Shown here: positions 19,919 through 29,578 of the stretch, piece by piece
How the letters are laid out: the number at the start of each line of letters is the position of its first letter
How positions within the stretch are numbered: position 1 is the stretch's first letter
Source of the DNA: Muribaculaceae bacterium
GTDB lineage: Bacteria > Bacteroidota > Bacteroidia > Bacteroidales > Muribaculaceae
Direction of reading: 5' to 3'
Length of the DNA stretch: 64,000 nucleotides
Assembly: GCA_017477555.1 (NCBI GenBank)
Contig: JAFUVK010000017.1
Span: 10,787-74,786 of the forward strand
Translations under genes and position numbers: made by a program
Notes under the pieces: generated by a model
Told to the model about the DNA's origin: nothing
Databases searched by the model: none
What the model saw: the letters and a program-made list of their open reading frames with translations, nothing else

Positions 19919-19923
19919 GTTGT

Positions 19924-21303
19924 CTAAATTTCAAAAAAATATCTCAATGTATCAGGCAATTGCCGCTGATGCTGCCGCGACAAGGCGTTGTTGCGGGCCA
20001 GAATATCCATCAGCAGTTGCAACGACCCGAAGCAGAAGTGATGCGACATGTCGGCACAATTCTCTTGCAAAAAGGACACAAGCCGGCTTCCCTGGCGCGC
20101 GACAAATCGTGTGGCATCGGTGTCGTTGTCATAGACGGTGAGACCGGCATCGATGGGCGTAGCGGTGAAGTAGACATGGGGTGGCATCACATGGGTGCTT
20201 TCGCCCAATGCCTTGCGCTGACGCTCGGGCAAGCTCTGACTGAGCAGGTGCCAGAAGTCATTGCCACTTCCGCGCGATGCGCTCAGACGTATATGTTGGC
20301 GAGTCGCCTCGTTGAGCCAGCTCCCCTTGCCGGCAATCGAATCCATAATTTCCCCCACACACCGCGCGTAGATGCGGTTACGTTGCGCCACCTCTTGCTC
20401 ACCGGCACTAGCCACAACCTCCAGGTGCCCCTTTTGCTGCTTGAGCATCACATCGGTGTCGCGGTAGGCTAGAAACACATGAGCCACATGACCATTGTCT
20501 AACTTGCTAAAATACTGCTTGATAGCATGCGACAAGCCGCCTGTATGATTGCCTCGGAACAGACTGTCGCACACAATCAGGTCAGTCGCATTCTGGCAAT
20601 ATACTAGCGGATAAAAGCAACTCACTAAATTCTCCTCAAAGTCGCTGACATCCAGTGGGCCGTCGGTCCCCATCAGCAAATTCCACTTCTCCTTGACGGT
20701 CAGCAAAACCGTATCGGTGACTATCGTGTGCATCTGCTTGAGCAGTTCTCGGCCTGAAATAGCCTTGCAGCTCAGCCTCTTATACCCACCCTGGCTAATC
20801 GCATGAGCAATCTCCCCCCAGCTGCGATACAAAGGCACACTCCCGGCTGTGCCCACGCTGGGCACAAAGTCCTTGTTGGGTACCACCAGTCGCAACGTGT
20901 GCCCCGCCGGCGACCGGTACTGCGCCAGCCAGAACACCCCCTGCTTGTTACGCTCGATGCGCTTTTTCAGCTCAAAGAAATGTTGTATCTTACTTGGGGC
21001 GCTGAACACCTCGCCGGGAATATTCAGGAAGTCGACCTCCAATCGGTTGCCCTGCTCATCGGCCAGATGTGCGCCATAGTGGCTCTCGGGACGCGAAGCC
21101 ACAACATCGGTTTTCAATATTCCGCCCGTGTCGGCATTGATGGTGTCGAAGAAAAACTTGCCGAAACTGCTGTGGGGATAGGACAACGGCAATTGCCGAG
21201 GCTCATAACCCAGCAAATGAAACGCATGAATCAAGTCGTAGAGCAAGTAGGTTTTCCCACTTGCCGTCTCGCCCACAACAGCTATGCTCAATTTCTTGGC
21301 CAT
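19924..21303 (-). CDS. Atypical TRAFAC-like P-loop GTPase (paralog A)
   Basis: IAVVGETASGKT, DFLNIPGE, FLAYRDTD, HVYFTATP. Confidence 0.7.
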   Translation of the reverse strand: MAKKLSIAVVGETASGKTYLLYDLIHAFHLLGYEPRQLPLSYPHSSFGKFFFDTINADTGGILKTDVVASRPESHYGAHLADEQGNRLEVDFLNIPGEVFSAPSKIQHFFELKKRIERNKQGVFWLAQYRSPAGHTLRLVVPNKDFVPSVGTAGSVPLYRSWGEIAHAISQGGYKRLSCKAISGRELLKQMHTIVTDTVLLTVKEKWNLLMGTDGPLDVSDFEENLVSCFYPLVYCQNATDLIVCDSLFRGNHTGGLSHAIKQYFSKLDNGHVAHVFLAYRDTDVMLKQQKGHLEVVASAGEQEVAQRNRIYARCVGEIMDSIAGKGSWLNEATRQHIRLSASRGSGNDFWHLLSQSLPERQRKALGESTHVMPPHVYFTATPIDAGLTVYDNDTDATRFVARQGSRLVSFLQENCADMSHHFCFGSLQLLMDILARNNALSRQHQRQLPDTLRYFFEI

Positions 21304-21315
21304 GATGCTTGTCTT

Positions 21316-22911
21316 CTAATCCCGCAAGTCAAATATGTCAACCAACAAGTCGCCCATGGGCAGGCCGTCGCCAAGCTTGTGCTGCTTGAGGATGTCAATG
21401 CACAGTTGCAGACTGCCGAAACACATGTTGGAGTTCAGCTCGCTGAATGGCGTGGTCTCGCCATCTCGATAGAACTCGGGCGTTTGTTGCCCCGTTGAGT
21501 CCAGTTTATTCTTGTACACCTTAAATTCCTCGGTCACCGGTGTGCAAGTAAAATGCACATGCGGCACGGCAAGGCTGGCTTTTTCTTGCCGTTCCCATCC
21601 CGTCTGTTGCAACAGCCCTCTGAATCCCTTGCCGTTGCCGCCAATGCGTGAGATCACGTGCTCGCGCGCGCTACCGCCATTGAAAACAAACTTCTGGCTC
21701 TCGTCAATGGCCAGAAAACGCTCGATCAATTTGTTCACATCGCTGGGTAAGCCCTCGGCCAAGTTTTCGGGTATTCCCAACATTTTATGACGTTTTTGCA
21801 CATCATCGGTCATCAAGCCCGCATGGCAGAGGATTGCATAAGTAAACAGCGAATACAACGCATTGCGCCAGGCGACATCGGCTTTTTCTTTCGCCCAGTC
21901 AGAATTCTTAAGCTCTGTAAGCAGGTCCTGATATGCCCCTTCTACCTCGGGCTTATTCAGCAAGTAGTCAATATTGCGCAAGGCGAGATACACATGCACA
22001 TTGGTGGCATGGCTCTCGGTATTCAAGAACTGCCTCAATTGTCCGGACAACTGCGAAAATGTGATTTCAACGTTGCCATCGTCCTTAGGCGCAAAGACCC
22101 TGTCGCACACAACAATGTCGGTGGCCAAGGCGCAGTAATGGAAAAACACGAACGACTGGATGTGCTTGCCCTCAATAAAGTCGGTCACGTCGTTAATTTG
22201 TGTACTGGTGATTTGCCGCTTTTCAATCAAGTCGGCGATGCTTCGCATCACCGAGTCGGTGTCGTAGCGGAAGAAGTTTTTGAGCAATTCTCGCCCTGAG
22301 AGGGCGCGCCAGCCCTTTAGCTCATAAGTTCCCACATTCAACTCGGCAAAGATTCCCTCCCATGTTGAAAAACTCTCAACGAGCCCAAGCCTCGACTGGA
22401 GATTTATGCTTTTGCGAATCTCATCGTTGAGGGTGGAAAAATCATTTTTCGGCTCGACAATGAGTCGCCTGTCACCAGCCTTGTTGACATAGGTGCATAC
22501 GACAAAGAATTTATTTCCTTTGTTCAGCTCGCCTTTCAGCTCATTGTAGCACTTCAAGCGCTCGGGCGTAAAAATCTCACCCGGTATGTTCAAGAAGTCC
22601 AGGTCAAACTTCTGTTCGCTCACGCAACGTTGCCCATAGTGGTCATTGTGGCGGCAAGCGTAGGTGTTTGTTCGCCCGTTTCCACCACTCTGGTTAGGAC
22701 TGTAGTTAATGAAGTCGTTGTAATGGAAGCCATCCTCGCGCGTGAGCCTGCTGGACTCGTAGGTGGCATACCCCAGACAGCCCAGCGCATCAATGATGTC
22801 CTTTAGCAAAAAGCTCTTGCCGCTGGTGGGCGCGCCCACCACAGCCAGGCGAATGCGCTTGGGTGGGAACAACCGTTCAGTTTGTTGCTTGATAAAACTC
22901 ATAATATTCAT
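21316..22911 (-). CDS. Atypical TRAFAC-like P-loop GTPase (paralog B)
   Basis: LAVVGAPTSGKS, DFLNIPGE, YLALRNID, HVHFTCTP; shares FGSLQL..DIL C-terminus with paralog A. Confidence 0.7.
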   Translation of the reverse strand: MNIMSFIKQQTERLFPPKRIRLAVVGAPTSGKSFLLKDIIDALGCLGYATYESSRLTREDGFHYNDFINYSPNQSGGNGRTNTYACRHNDHYGQRCVSEQKFDLDFLNIPGEIFTPERLKCYNELKGELNKGNKFFVVCTYVNKAGDRRLIVEPKNDFSTLNDEIRKSINLQSRLGLVESFSTWEGIFAELNVGTYELKGWRALSGRELLKNFFRYDTDSVMRSIADLIEKRQITSTQINDVTDFIEGKHIQSFVFFHYCALATDIVVCDRVFAPKDDGNVEITFSQLSGQLRQFLNTESHATNVHVYLALRNIDYLLNKPEVEGAYQDLLTELKNSDWAKEKADVAWRNALYSLFTYAILCHAGLMTDDVQKRHKMLGIPENLAEGLPSDVNKLIERFLAIDESQKFVFNGGSAREHVISRIGGNGKGFRGLLQQTGWERQEKASLAVPHVHFTCTPVTEEFKVYKNKLDSTGQQTPEFYRDGETTPFSELNSNMCFGSLQLCIDILKQHKLGDGLPMGDLLVDIFDLRD

Positions 22912-22922
22912 ATTTCTTTTTT

Positions 22923-25900
22923 CTAGTTATCCTCTTCTTGCTGCGCCGACAGATTGCCCATGAAAGCCAACAGCAGCGCCGACTCCAGCACCTCGCCCAC
23001 GGCATCGACGCCCAATCCGGGATTCAAGCGGCCGGTAAAGGGCAGCCAGTCGATGTAGGAGAAATAGATGTACAAACTTGTGCCCACCCACATCAGCATG
23101 GCCAGCAGTGACCAGCACATCGAGCGGGTGAAATATTTGCTGCCGCCCAACGTGTGTCGCAACACCAGCCACAACAGCAGTAGCAGCAACCCGAAGTACA
23201 CGATGGCGGTCATCAGTTGCCCGTAGGAGCCAAAGAAGGCAATGGGCAAGCTCAAGTCGTTGATGGCTACGGGCGACTGACCGGCACTGACCGACTGGTG
23301 CATGAAGTGGGCATCGTTCGACAGCGGGTCGTGGCTGCGGCTGGCTATCGAGTCGCTCTGCATATAGTGGCTCATAATCACCATGAACTCGGCATCGCTC
23401 TCACTGTAGCGATAGCCACTGCGCTGAAGGTCTTCGAAGTTGGAATAGAGCATCACTCGCCGTGACATGCGGGAATAATCCACATGCTCAGGATTAAACA
23501 GCTGGCTGCAGATGCGCGGCATCAGCATTACCGCCACCACTAGCACGACAGTCGTTCCAGTCACCCATTTCTTCTCTTTCCCTATCTCGTACGACCGATA
23601 GCGCTCCACAATGAAGAAGACAGCGATCGCACAGAAAAAGAACCCGATAAAATTGGTCATATAGCCGTTGTCGCCCATCATGGCACCCATGGTGTAGGCC
23701 ACGATGACAAAGAACATCTGCAACAGCACCACGTGGCGTGGACGGGAATGCTCAACACCCAGCTCCTGGGCCGACTTGAGCAGCGCGCGACTCACCCCCA
23801 GGATTACTCCCAGCGTGATGAACGCGGTGGCAAAGTTGCCTAGCCACATTCCCATGAGTGCCAGCAAGACAATCAGCAACAGGTGACCGGGGAACAATGC
23901 CTTGACCGCACCTACAAACGCATCGTAAACAAATGGCAACGCGGCAATCAGTGTCACAACAGCGAGAACCAGCACGGTCATCAACAACGAGGGAGCCGCC
24001 CCCCAAATCGACTGCACTATAGCCCACAGCAAAAACAGCACCAGGATTCCTCCTGCCAGCAAGAGGCGATGTGCCGGAATGGGGCATTTGTTCAACACGC
24101 CTGTCAGTTTCCGATATTGTTCGGTCGAGGTGGCTTTGCCTATCACATCGCGAGCAAATTTTTGCGCCTTTTGTGCCCACGACTGCCATGAACGAGCCAC
24201 CAGCTGCACTTGCTTATGAAGTGTCTTGTAGCACAGATTCAGTGCCGCCCACACCGCCAGCACCACGCCCTCGATAGCAAGCAACGTGTATACTACCGAG
24301 CGGTGTGTGTCGTTGATGCCCACAGCATCGGGACTGGTCCATCGCCAGAAGCGCCACGTCTTGACTTGCGCGGGAAAATATGAGTCAAGCATCCCACGGC
24401 TAACGTCCTGGTCCATCACACAAAACAAGGCGAATGCCAATGCCAGCCACATAACCAGGCAGACCAAGAACGCTCCCCAACGCGACATCAGGTGCCCCCT
24501 AGAGCCACGATTGAGAAGAAGCGGCGCACTCAAGACAACTGACAAGCTGAAGAACAACAGAATCATCAGCGAGGTCGCTATGGGCATGATGCCGGTCAGC
24601 TTCTCAAAGTAGGGGTAGGTGTAACTCAGTTTCAACGTTATCAACGACTTGCACACGCAGTAGCACAGAGCGATGCCCAACAACAGCGACAGATAAGAGC
24701 GGTGCGTCTTTGCCTGGGTGGCATTGGACAAGTTGGCAAGCGTGCGGTCGCCCAACTTGAACGGGCTGAACGGCAGCCAGATAACTAGCAAAAGCACCAG
24801 GCTCACCAGCAGTGGCAGCCACAGGTAGGACATGAAGAAGCCCTGGTCGATGAAACCGGTGCGGGCATGCAGCACCGCATTGCCCGACTGCAGTGCAATG
24901 CTATTGAAGGCCGGAATGAGCGAGAACGGCAAAAAGCCCGACTTGCGATCCGACAGAACAGTGGTCTTGAAATTGTTGTCGCGCAACACGACCACCGAAT
25001 CTCCTTCATGATAAAACTCTAGGTTGCACAGATCGAAGTTAATGGCACGACAGAAAGTGGGCAGATAAAGGTCGCTCTTGTTGGGGAACGAGTTGTTGGC
25101 CTGTTTGAGCGTGATGATGCCGCTCGACTGCTGCGCCTTGGCGCGCAAGGTGTCGACCGTGCCTACAAATGTGATGGGCTTGGGATAGGACAGTCGCAAC
25201 GTATTCTTATCGCCGGCTGTAATCATCACATGGCCGGCTCCCCAGTCGGTGAGTTTGACCGACGCTTTCATCACATGATTCACGCCATCGATTTGAAACG
25301 TGTTGCTCTCCGGCGAATTGGTAAGGTAGCAATGATTGGCCACCGCGAAGAACTGCACCTTGCAGTGTCCTGCCTTCTCACCGCTATCGGCGGTAACCCC
25401 ATTGCGCTCATACCCTTGCTCCTTGTTGCCATCGCGTATCTTGGTGTATCGGTCGAGTATTACCAAGACGATGCCATCATCGTTCCGCTCAAAGAACGAA
25501 CGCACACCATGATGCTGCATCTGGTTGAGGAAAGCCAGGCTGTCACGTTGGCTCACTTGGTCCTGTGCCAACTTGTAGTGTGTGGCAAAGTGACGCACCA
25601 TCACATCCTTCTGCTCGCTGAAGCGCTTGTTCCAAGCGCGCCACACATCCTCGCCGGTAACAGTCATTGTTAACGAGGTGTCGAGACTGTTGGGGAGTTC
25701 AAGCACAATCTGCTGCGACCGATCGTTGCGTATGGTGTGCTTGTTGGGGTTCTGGTCATTGATTTTGAAGTACTGCAGCGAGTCGCGATACCGGTCGTTG
25801 ACATGCCACCTGAAGTGGTTTCCATCACGAATGATAGTCAAGTAGTCATGGGGTACGTTGCCGTAATGGATGTCACTGCCCCGGCCCACATGCAGCGAGT

Positions 25901-26039
25901 CACGGTTGTACAGCTCTACCTCGTCGATCTCGACAACGACCTTGCGTTCAATCTTCCCGGCCATCATTAGGCACAAAGTCAGCACGATGGCCACGACGGC
26001 CAGGGCTACGGCGATGGTTATTTTGTTGTTAAATTTCAT
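22923..26039 (-). CDS. Large SEDS (FtsW/RodA)-like polytopic membrane protein with FHA-like extracytoplasmic N-terminal region
   Basis: ~400-aa soluble region after the N-terminal TM, then many TMs; C-terminal AINDLSLPIAFFGSYG and WLPFTGRLNPGLG correspond to the SEDS HTDF..EELG and LP.TG..LP.S motifs. Confidence 0.6.
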   Translation of the reverse strand: MKFNNKITIAVALAVVAIVLTLCLMMAGKIERKVVVEIDEVELYNRDSLHVGRGSDIHYGNVPHDYLTIIRDGNHFRWHVNDRYRDSLQYFKINDQNPNKHTIRNDRSQQIVLELPNSLDTSLTMTVTGEDVWRAWNKRFSEQKDVMVRHFATHYKLAQDQVSQRDSLAFLNQMQHHGVRSFFERNDDGIVLVILDRYTKIRDGNKEQGYERNGVTADSGEKAGHCKVQFFAVANHCYLTNSPESNTFQIDGVNHVMKASVKLTDWGAGHVMITAGDKNTLRLSYPKPITFVGTVDTLRAKAQQSSGIITLKQANNSFPNKSDLYLPTFCRAINFDLCNLEFYHEGDSVVVLRDNNFKTTVLSDRKSGFLPFSLIPAFNSIALQSGNAVLHARTGFIDQGFFMSYLWLPLLVSLVLLLVIWLPFSPFKLGDRTLANLSNATQAKTHRSYLSLLLGIALCYCVCKSLITLKLSYTYPYFEKLTGIMPIATSLMILLFFSLSVVLSAPLLLNRGSRGHLMSRWGAFLVCLVMWLALAFALFCVMDQDVSRGMLDSYFPAQVKTWRFWRWTSPDAVGINDTHRSVVYTLLAIEGVVLAVWAALNLCYKTLHKQVQLVARSWQSWAQKAQKFARDVIGKATSTEQYRKLTGVLNKCPIPAHRLLLAGGILVLFLLWAIVQSIWGAAPSLLMTVLVLAVVTLIAALPFVYDAFVGAVKALFPGHLLLIVLLALMGMWLGNFATAFITLGVILGVSRALLKSAQELGVEHSRPRHVVLLQMFFVIVAYTMGAMMGDNGYMTNFIGFFFCAIAVFFIVERYRSYEIGKEKKWVTGTTVVLVVAVMLMPRICSQLFNPEHVDYSRMSRRVMLYSNFEDLQRSGYRYSESDAEFMVIMSHYMQSDSIASRSHDPLSNDAHFMHQSVSAGQSPVAINDLSLPIAFFGSYGQLMTAIVYFGLLLLLLWLVLRHTLGGSKYFTRSMCWSLLAMLMWVGTSLYIYFSYIDWLPFTGRLNPGLGVDAVGEVLESALLLAFMGNLSAQQEEDN

Positions 26040-26055
26040 AGACTTTCATTCATTA

Positions 26056-27861
26056 TTAGTCAACGATGCTATTCAATAGGTTGCGAACACTGTCGAGATT
26101 CTCTTGCACCTGCCAGTAGTCATGATCCTCGTCTGCGTCTTCGTTCAATTGCTCTTGCAAATCCTCGGCAGCATCATCCAGCTTTTCAGCTCTGTTTTCC
26201 AGTTGTCTCTTATAACTCGAGTTGGAAACTCTTCTCCAGATAGACAAATTGTCATAATCCTGCCTAATCGCACGAGCACTATCCAATAAATGACTCGACA
26301 GGCTGCGGTATGCATTATAGACGGCATCGTCCAAGTTTTTACAAAGCGTTGTGTCGTTTGTAAAAGGATAGTCATTCCATTGCTCCACTTGTTCTTTGAC
26401 GTAGTTCAAGTCAGCAAGCGTCTGGCAGTTATTGCTCTTGTTGATGAGCGGGATCACCGAGTTGTAATATGCCTCAATGTATCCCCGGTACTTTTCGCAT
26501 TGTCCGGCATTGTCATCGGTCATGTTCCGCTTATGCGCCCCCAAGTCTTTCAGGTCAATGAACACCTGTTTTAGCATCGCGTACTCAGTCCAGTCACAGG
26601 CTCTGAACACCAAATCCAGCTTCTTGTTCACGATGACGGCAAATGCGTTGCTCAACCTGGTGTCGCAATAGGCAAAATCATCTGAGTCAAGCACAGGCTC
26701 TTTGTCGGTTTGCCGCAACTCGCTCTCGACGGTAAGGTCTTTGCGCAGGTCCCAATACTGCCGACTTATCCCCTCGCCATAGACCGAATCAGATGGCAGA
26801 GTCCTTGCCACTTCGCCGCTGAAATAAGTCTTGTAATCAAAGGGTTGCAGCACGCGAGTGGGCGGCTGCGCGATGGCATCGAGCAGCCAATAAATGCCGG
26901 CAGCCGCAGCGATGGCCAGGACAGCGACACATATCATGGCCGGAACCTTGCCCATCTTGCGCAACAAGCCCACAAGCCCCCAATGCCGGTGCTCGCATTT
27001 GGGAAGGAGGAATTGTTGCAGCAGACGCGAGGTGTATTCGGTAGTGAGTGTGGCATAGTCTTTGAGGACAAAGTTGCCCACGCTGCACACGATGGGTTGC
27101 TCATTGTAAATGAAGTTCTCTTTGCAAGTTTTCCTGACATATTGCCAGAACGACTGAACCGAAGCCGTGACCATAGCCTGGGCAGCATTGTCGAGATAGG
27201 CTCGCGGCGCACACATCAGGTCTGACTTGGACACCAAGATGTAGAGGCCGGCGCTACTGCCAATGAGGCCTTCCTTCTCAAGCCGGTCGATGGTTGTCCT
27301 GAATGCCGCAATCTGTACATCCAAGTCGGTGCGACAGTCTAGGCAGAACACATGCACCAGCTGCAGCCATCCACCATCGATGAGTTCCTTTGCTTGATTC
27401 CAGTCATTGGCCTCAATCAACGACAAAAGGTAGGTGCGGCTTCCTTGGGTGTAGGTGGCGTTATAAGCTCGCGAGCCGGTGCTTCGGTCACTGGGCATCA
27501 CTTGCGGCTCGGTGTTGGCGAATGTTGACTTCAGCATGTGAATCCTGTCACGGATTTCCTCGGAGTTGAGGCCATCAGTGATCATACCAGGCAGTGCCAA
27601 CAACGAAGCGATGACGCTGGTCTTGCCGGTTCCTTGCATGCCCCAAAAGACGACCTTATTGGCATCAGACACCTTCACCCTGTTCACCCCCGAAGGGTAA
27701 TGGGACAAGGCAGGCGGATTGAGCATTACGTCGGCAACCGTGTCGCCCAGCACACCGGCCAGTTCGTCATGGCTATACTCCCCGTTTTCGAGTCGGCGGT
27801 TCAGTTCCCTCACTGAGAATCGGCTCGGAGCAAACAATATGTCTTTCAGGATGTCTTTCAT
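26056..27861 (-). CDS. Membrane-anchored P-loop GTPase-like protein with C-terminal helical region
   Basis: VVFWGMQGTGKTS, YILVSKSD (G4); TM MICVAVLAIAAAAGIYWLL. Confidence 0.65.
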   Translation of the reverse strand: MKDILKDILFAPSRFSVRELNRRLENGEYSHDELAGVLGDTVADVMLNPPALSHYPSGVNRVKVSDANKVVFWGMQGTGKTSVIASLLALPGMITDGLNSEEIRDRIHMLKSTFANTEPQVMPSDRSTGSRAYNATYTQGSRTYLLSLIEANDWNQAKELIDGGWLQLVHVFCLDCRTDLDVQIAAFRTTIDRLEKEGLIGSSAGLYILVSKSDLMCAPRAYLDNAAQAMVTASVQSFWQYVRKTCKENFIYNEQPIVCSVGNFVLKDYATLTTEYTSRLLQQFLLPKCEHRHWGLVGLLRKMGKVPAMICVAVLAIAAAAGIYWLLDAIAQPPTRVLQPFDYKTYFSGEVARTLPSDSVYGEGISRQYWDLRKDLTVESELRQTDKEPVLDSDDFAYCDTRLSNAFAVIVNKKLDLVFRACDWTEYAMLKQVFIDLKDLGAHKRNMTDDNAGQCEKYRGYIEAYYNSVIPLINKSNNCQTLADLNYVKEQVEQWNDYPFTNDTTLCKNLDDAVYNAYRSLSSHLLDSARAIRQDYDNLSIWRRVSNSSYKRQLENRAEKLDDAAEDLQEQLNEDADEDHDYWQVQENLDSVRNLLNSIVD

Positions 27862-27873
27862 ATTATTTCTATT

Positions 27874-28689
27874 CTATGCACGGTTACCTTGGGATTTGTT
27901 CCGTGAACGGGTGCAAACTATGTAAGAAACCGACATCAGCACACTGCACACCAGCCCGGCAATGACGCTCCATCGAGTCAAGGGCCAATGGAATGTCGTG
28001 AATTGGGCATACCGTTCGCGGATATCACTGTTGTCGACAGAAAAGGGTTCGCTTTGCTCGCCCTGATAGATGATGGCAGAGACCTCTGCATATTGCTCAG
28101 TCCACTGCTCACTGGCCGTGATGATGTGGTGCAGATTGCGGGCCGTGGCCACATTCCACAGGTCGATGGTGTGCAACGTGGCCAGCCAACTGGCGCGCTG
28201 CTGTACGATGCTGTCGCGGTCTTCAGGAAACAGCCTCCTATGCAGGCTCCGGGTCTTTTTTGTGGCTTTATTATTGTTATATCTCTTGTAGTCGGCAACG
28301 CGCTCGTTGGCATAGTTCTCATAGAGTGAGTCAATGCTCATGGCCGCATCACGCGAGTCCTCAACAAGCTGATTGATTTCAGCCTCATGCTCAATGGTGT
28401 AGACAAACTGTGAGAAAGGTACCATGCCCACCAGCACAATACACAACGCCCCCACTAAAGAAGTAATCTCTAGGGCAGTATTCTTTTTACGACCAAGCTT
28501 GATGCGCTGTGCCAGCCACACAAAACAGCCCAGAATCAAGAATGCAGGCAGGCAGAACAAGGCCACTCGCATGTGGTCGCCTTCGCACAAGTATTCAGTG
28601 CCCATAAACGCAAAAAATGCAAATACGAGCATGGCGAGAACCGTCAACAGGAGTGCTAAGCCTGAATGGGAGGATGATAAATTGGACAT
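27874..28689 (-). CDS. Hypothetical 4-TM membrane protein, first gene of the operon
   Basis: 271-aa ORF with three N-terminal TMs, a helical loop and a C-terminal TM; 12-bp gap to the next gene. Confidence 0.75.
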   Translation of the reverse strand: MSNLSSSHSGLALLLTVLAMLVFAFFAFMGTEYLCEGDHMRVALFCLPAFLILGCFVWLAQRIKLGRKKNTALEITSLVGALCIVLVGMVPFSQFVYTIEHEAEINQLVEDSRDAAMSIDSLYENYANERVADYKRYNNNKATKKTRSLHRRLFPEDRDSIVQQRASWLATLHTIDLWNVATARNLHHIITASEQWTEQYAEVSAIIYQGEQSEPFSVDNSDIRERYAQFTTFHWPLTRWSVIAGLVCSVLMSVSYIVCTRSRNKSQGNRA

Positions 28690-28772
28690 GGTTTTTGATG
28701 GCTGAAAAATTATATGAGCAACAAACTCTCGTAAGCTGCTGAATGCTATGAAGAGTTTTCTTTAATTTTTTA

Positions 28773-28780
28773 CAAAATTA
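28773..28780 (-). promoter_or_regulatory. Putative -7 promoter element for the GTPase/SEDS/PBP operon
   Basis: caaaatta = TAATTTTG on the minus strand, ~85 nt upstream of ATG 28689 in AT-rich DNA. Confidence 0.55.
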
Positions 28781-28985
28781 CCACTTTTAAACGGTTTTTG
28801 AGGTAGTCTTGGTGATAATTTAACTATTATTTAACAATCTGGCTCGCGCTGGGGTGCAGATTCCATCGATGGTGCCCCAGATTTGTTCCCTTTCATCGGG
28901 ACTCTTATCGCCGACGAAAGGGTATCTGAGCATAAGGCACTGATGCCGATGCGCTGGACATGGCGGCTCGTGGCGTGCGCACCTG

Positions 28986-29177
28986 TCAGGCTGCGAGCAG
29001 GTCGAGCATCTCGAAGGCTGCCTCGGTGCTCTCGCCCGGACGGGCGCGCTCCAGGCGGTAGCCCATCAGGGCAAAGGAGAACTCTTGCAGGAGGTTGGCG
29101 GGGAGGTTGTCGGTGGTGGCCATGCCGGCAATGGTCCAGCACAACACCATCAGACGCAGTAAGTAAAGATGGTTCAT
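28986..29177 (-). CDS. Small hypothetical protein
   Basis: 63-aa ORF preceded by an A-rich Bacteroidetes-type translation initiation region (aaaaaaaacaatcgtcATG). Confidence 0.45.
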   Translation of the reverse strand: MNHLYLLRLMVLCWTIAGMATTDNLPANLLQEFSFALMGYRLERARPGESTEAAFEMLDLLAA

Positions 29178-29578
29178 GACGATTGTTTTTTTTAAATGCA
29201 GGCCGCGCTAGGCGCAGACCGTTGGCTTATAGCTTCTCGCGGGTAGTAACCGGTGCTAGGGTCAGGGCGCGCTGGCCACGGCACAAACCGGGACAGGCGC
29301 TGGCTGACACTACACGGCAGAATTAGGGCATTGCGGCATCGACACGACGCGACAACGTTAGGAACGGTACAATAGTTAGGAAGTTAAACAATCGGTTAGA
29401 GGTCAGTAAGTCAGAGACATTGGTAGAGCTCCAGCGGAGCGTGATCACAACCTCACGATTGGAGGCCGGGCAACATGAAAAAACAGTGTGTGTAATTTTT
29501 CGTGGGGTGACCGACCAGCATAGGCCTAAAGGCCGCAACGGGCAGCACACTAGAAAAATAAAGTTTGTGGATTTTGAT

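Noticed and set aside
14436-26039. Housekeeping ftsI/ftsW or mrdA/rodA
   Set aside because: The proteins are far larger and more divergent, and no mur/mra/fts or mreBCD neighbours are present, so no gene symbols were assigned.
29420-29470. tRNA-like TTGGTAGAGC
   Set aside because: There is no acceptor stem or TTCGA T-loop at the right spacing.
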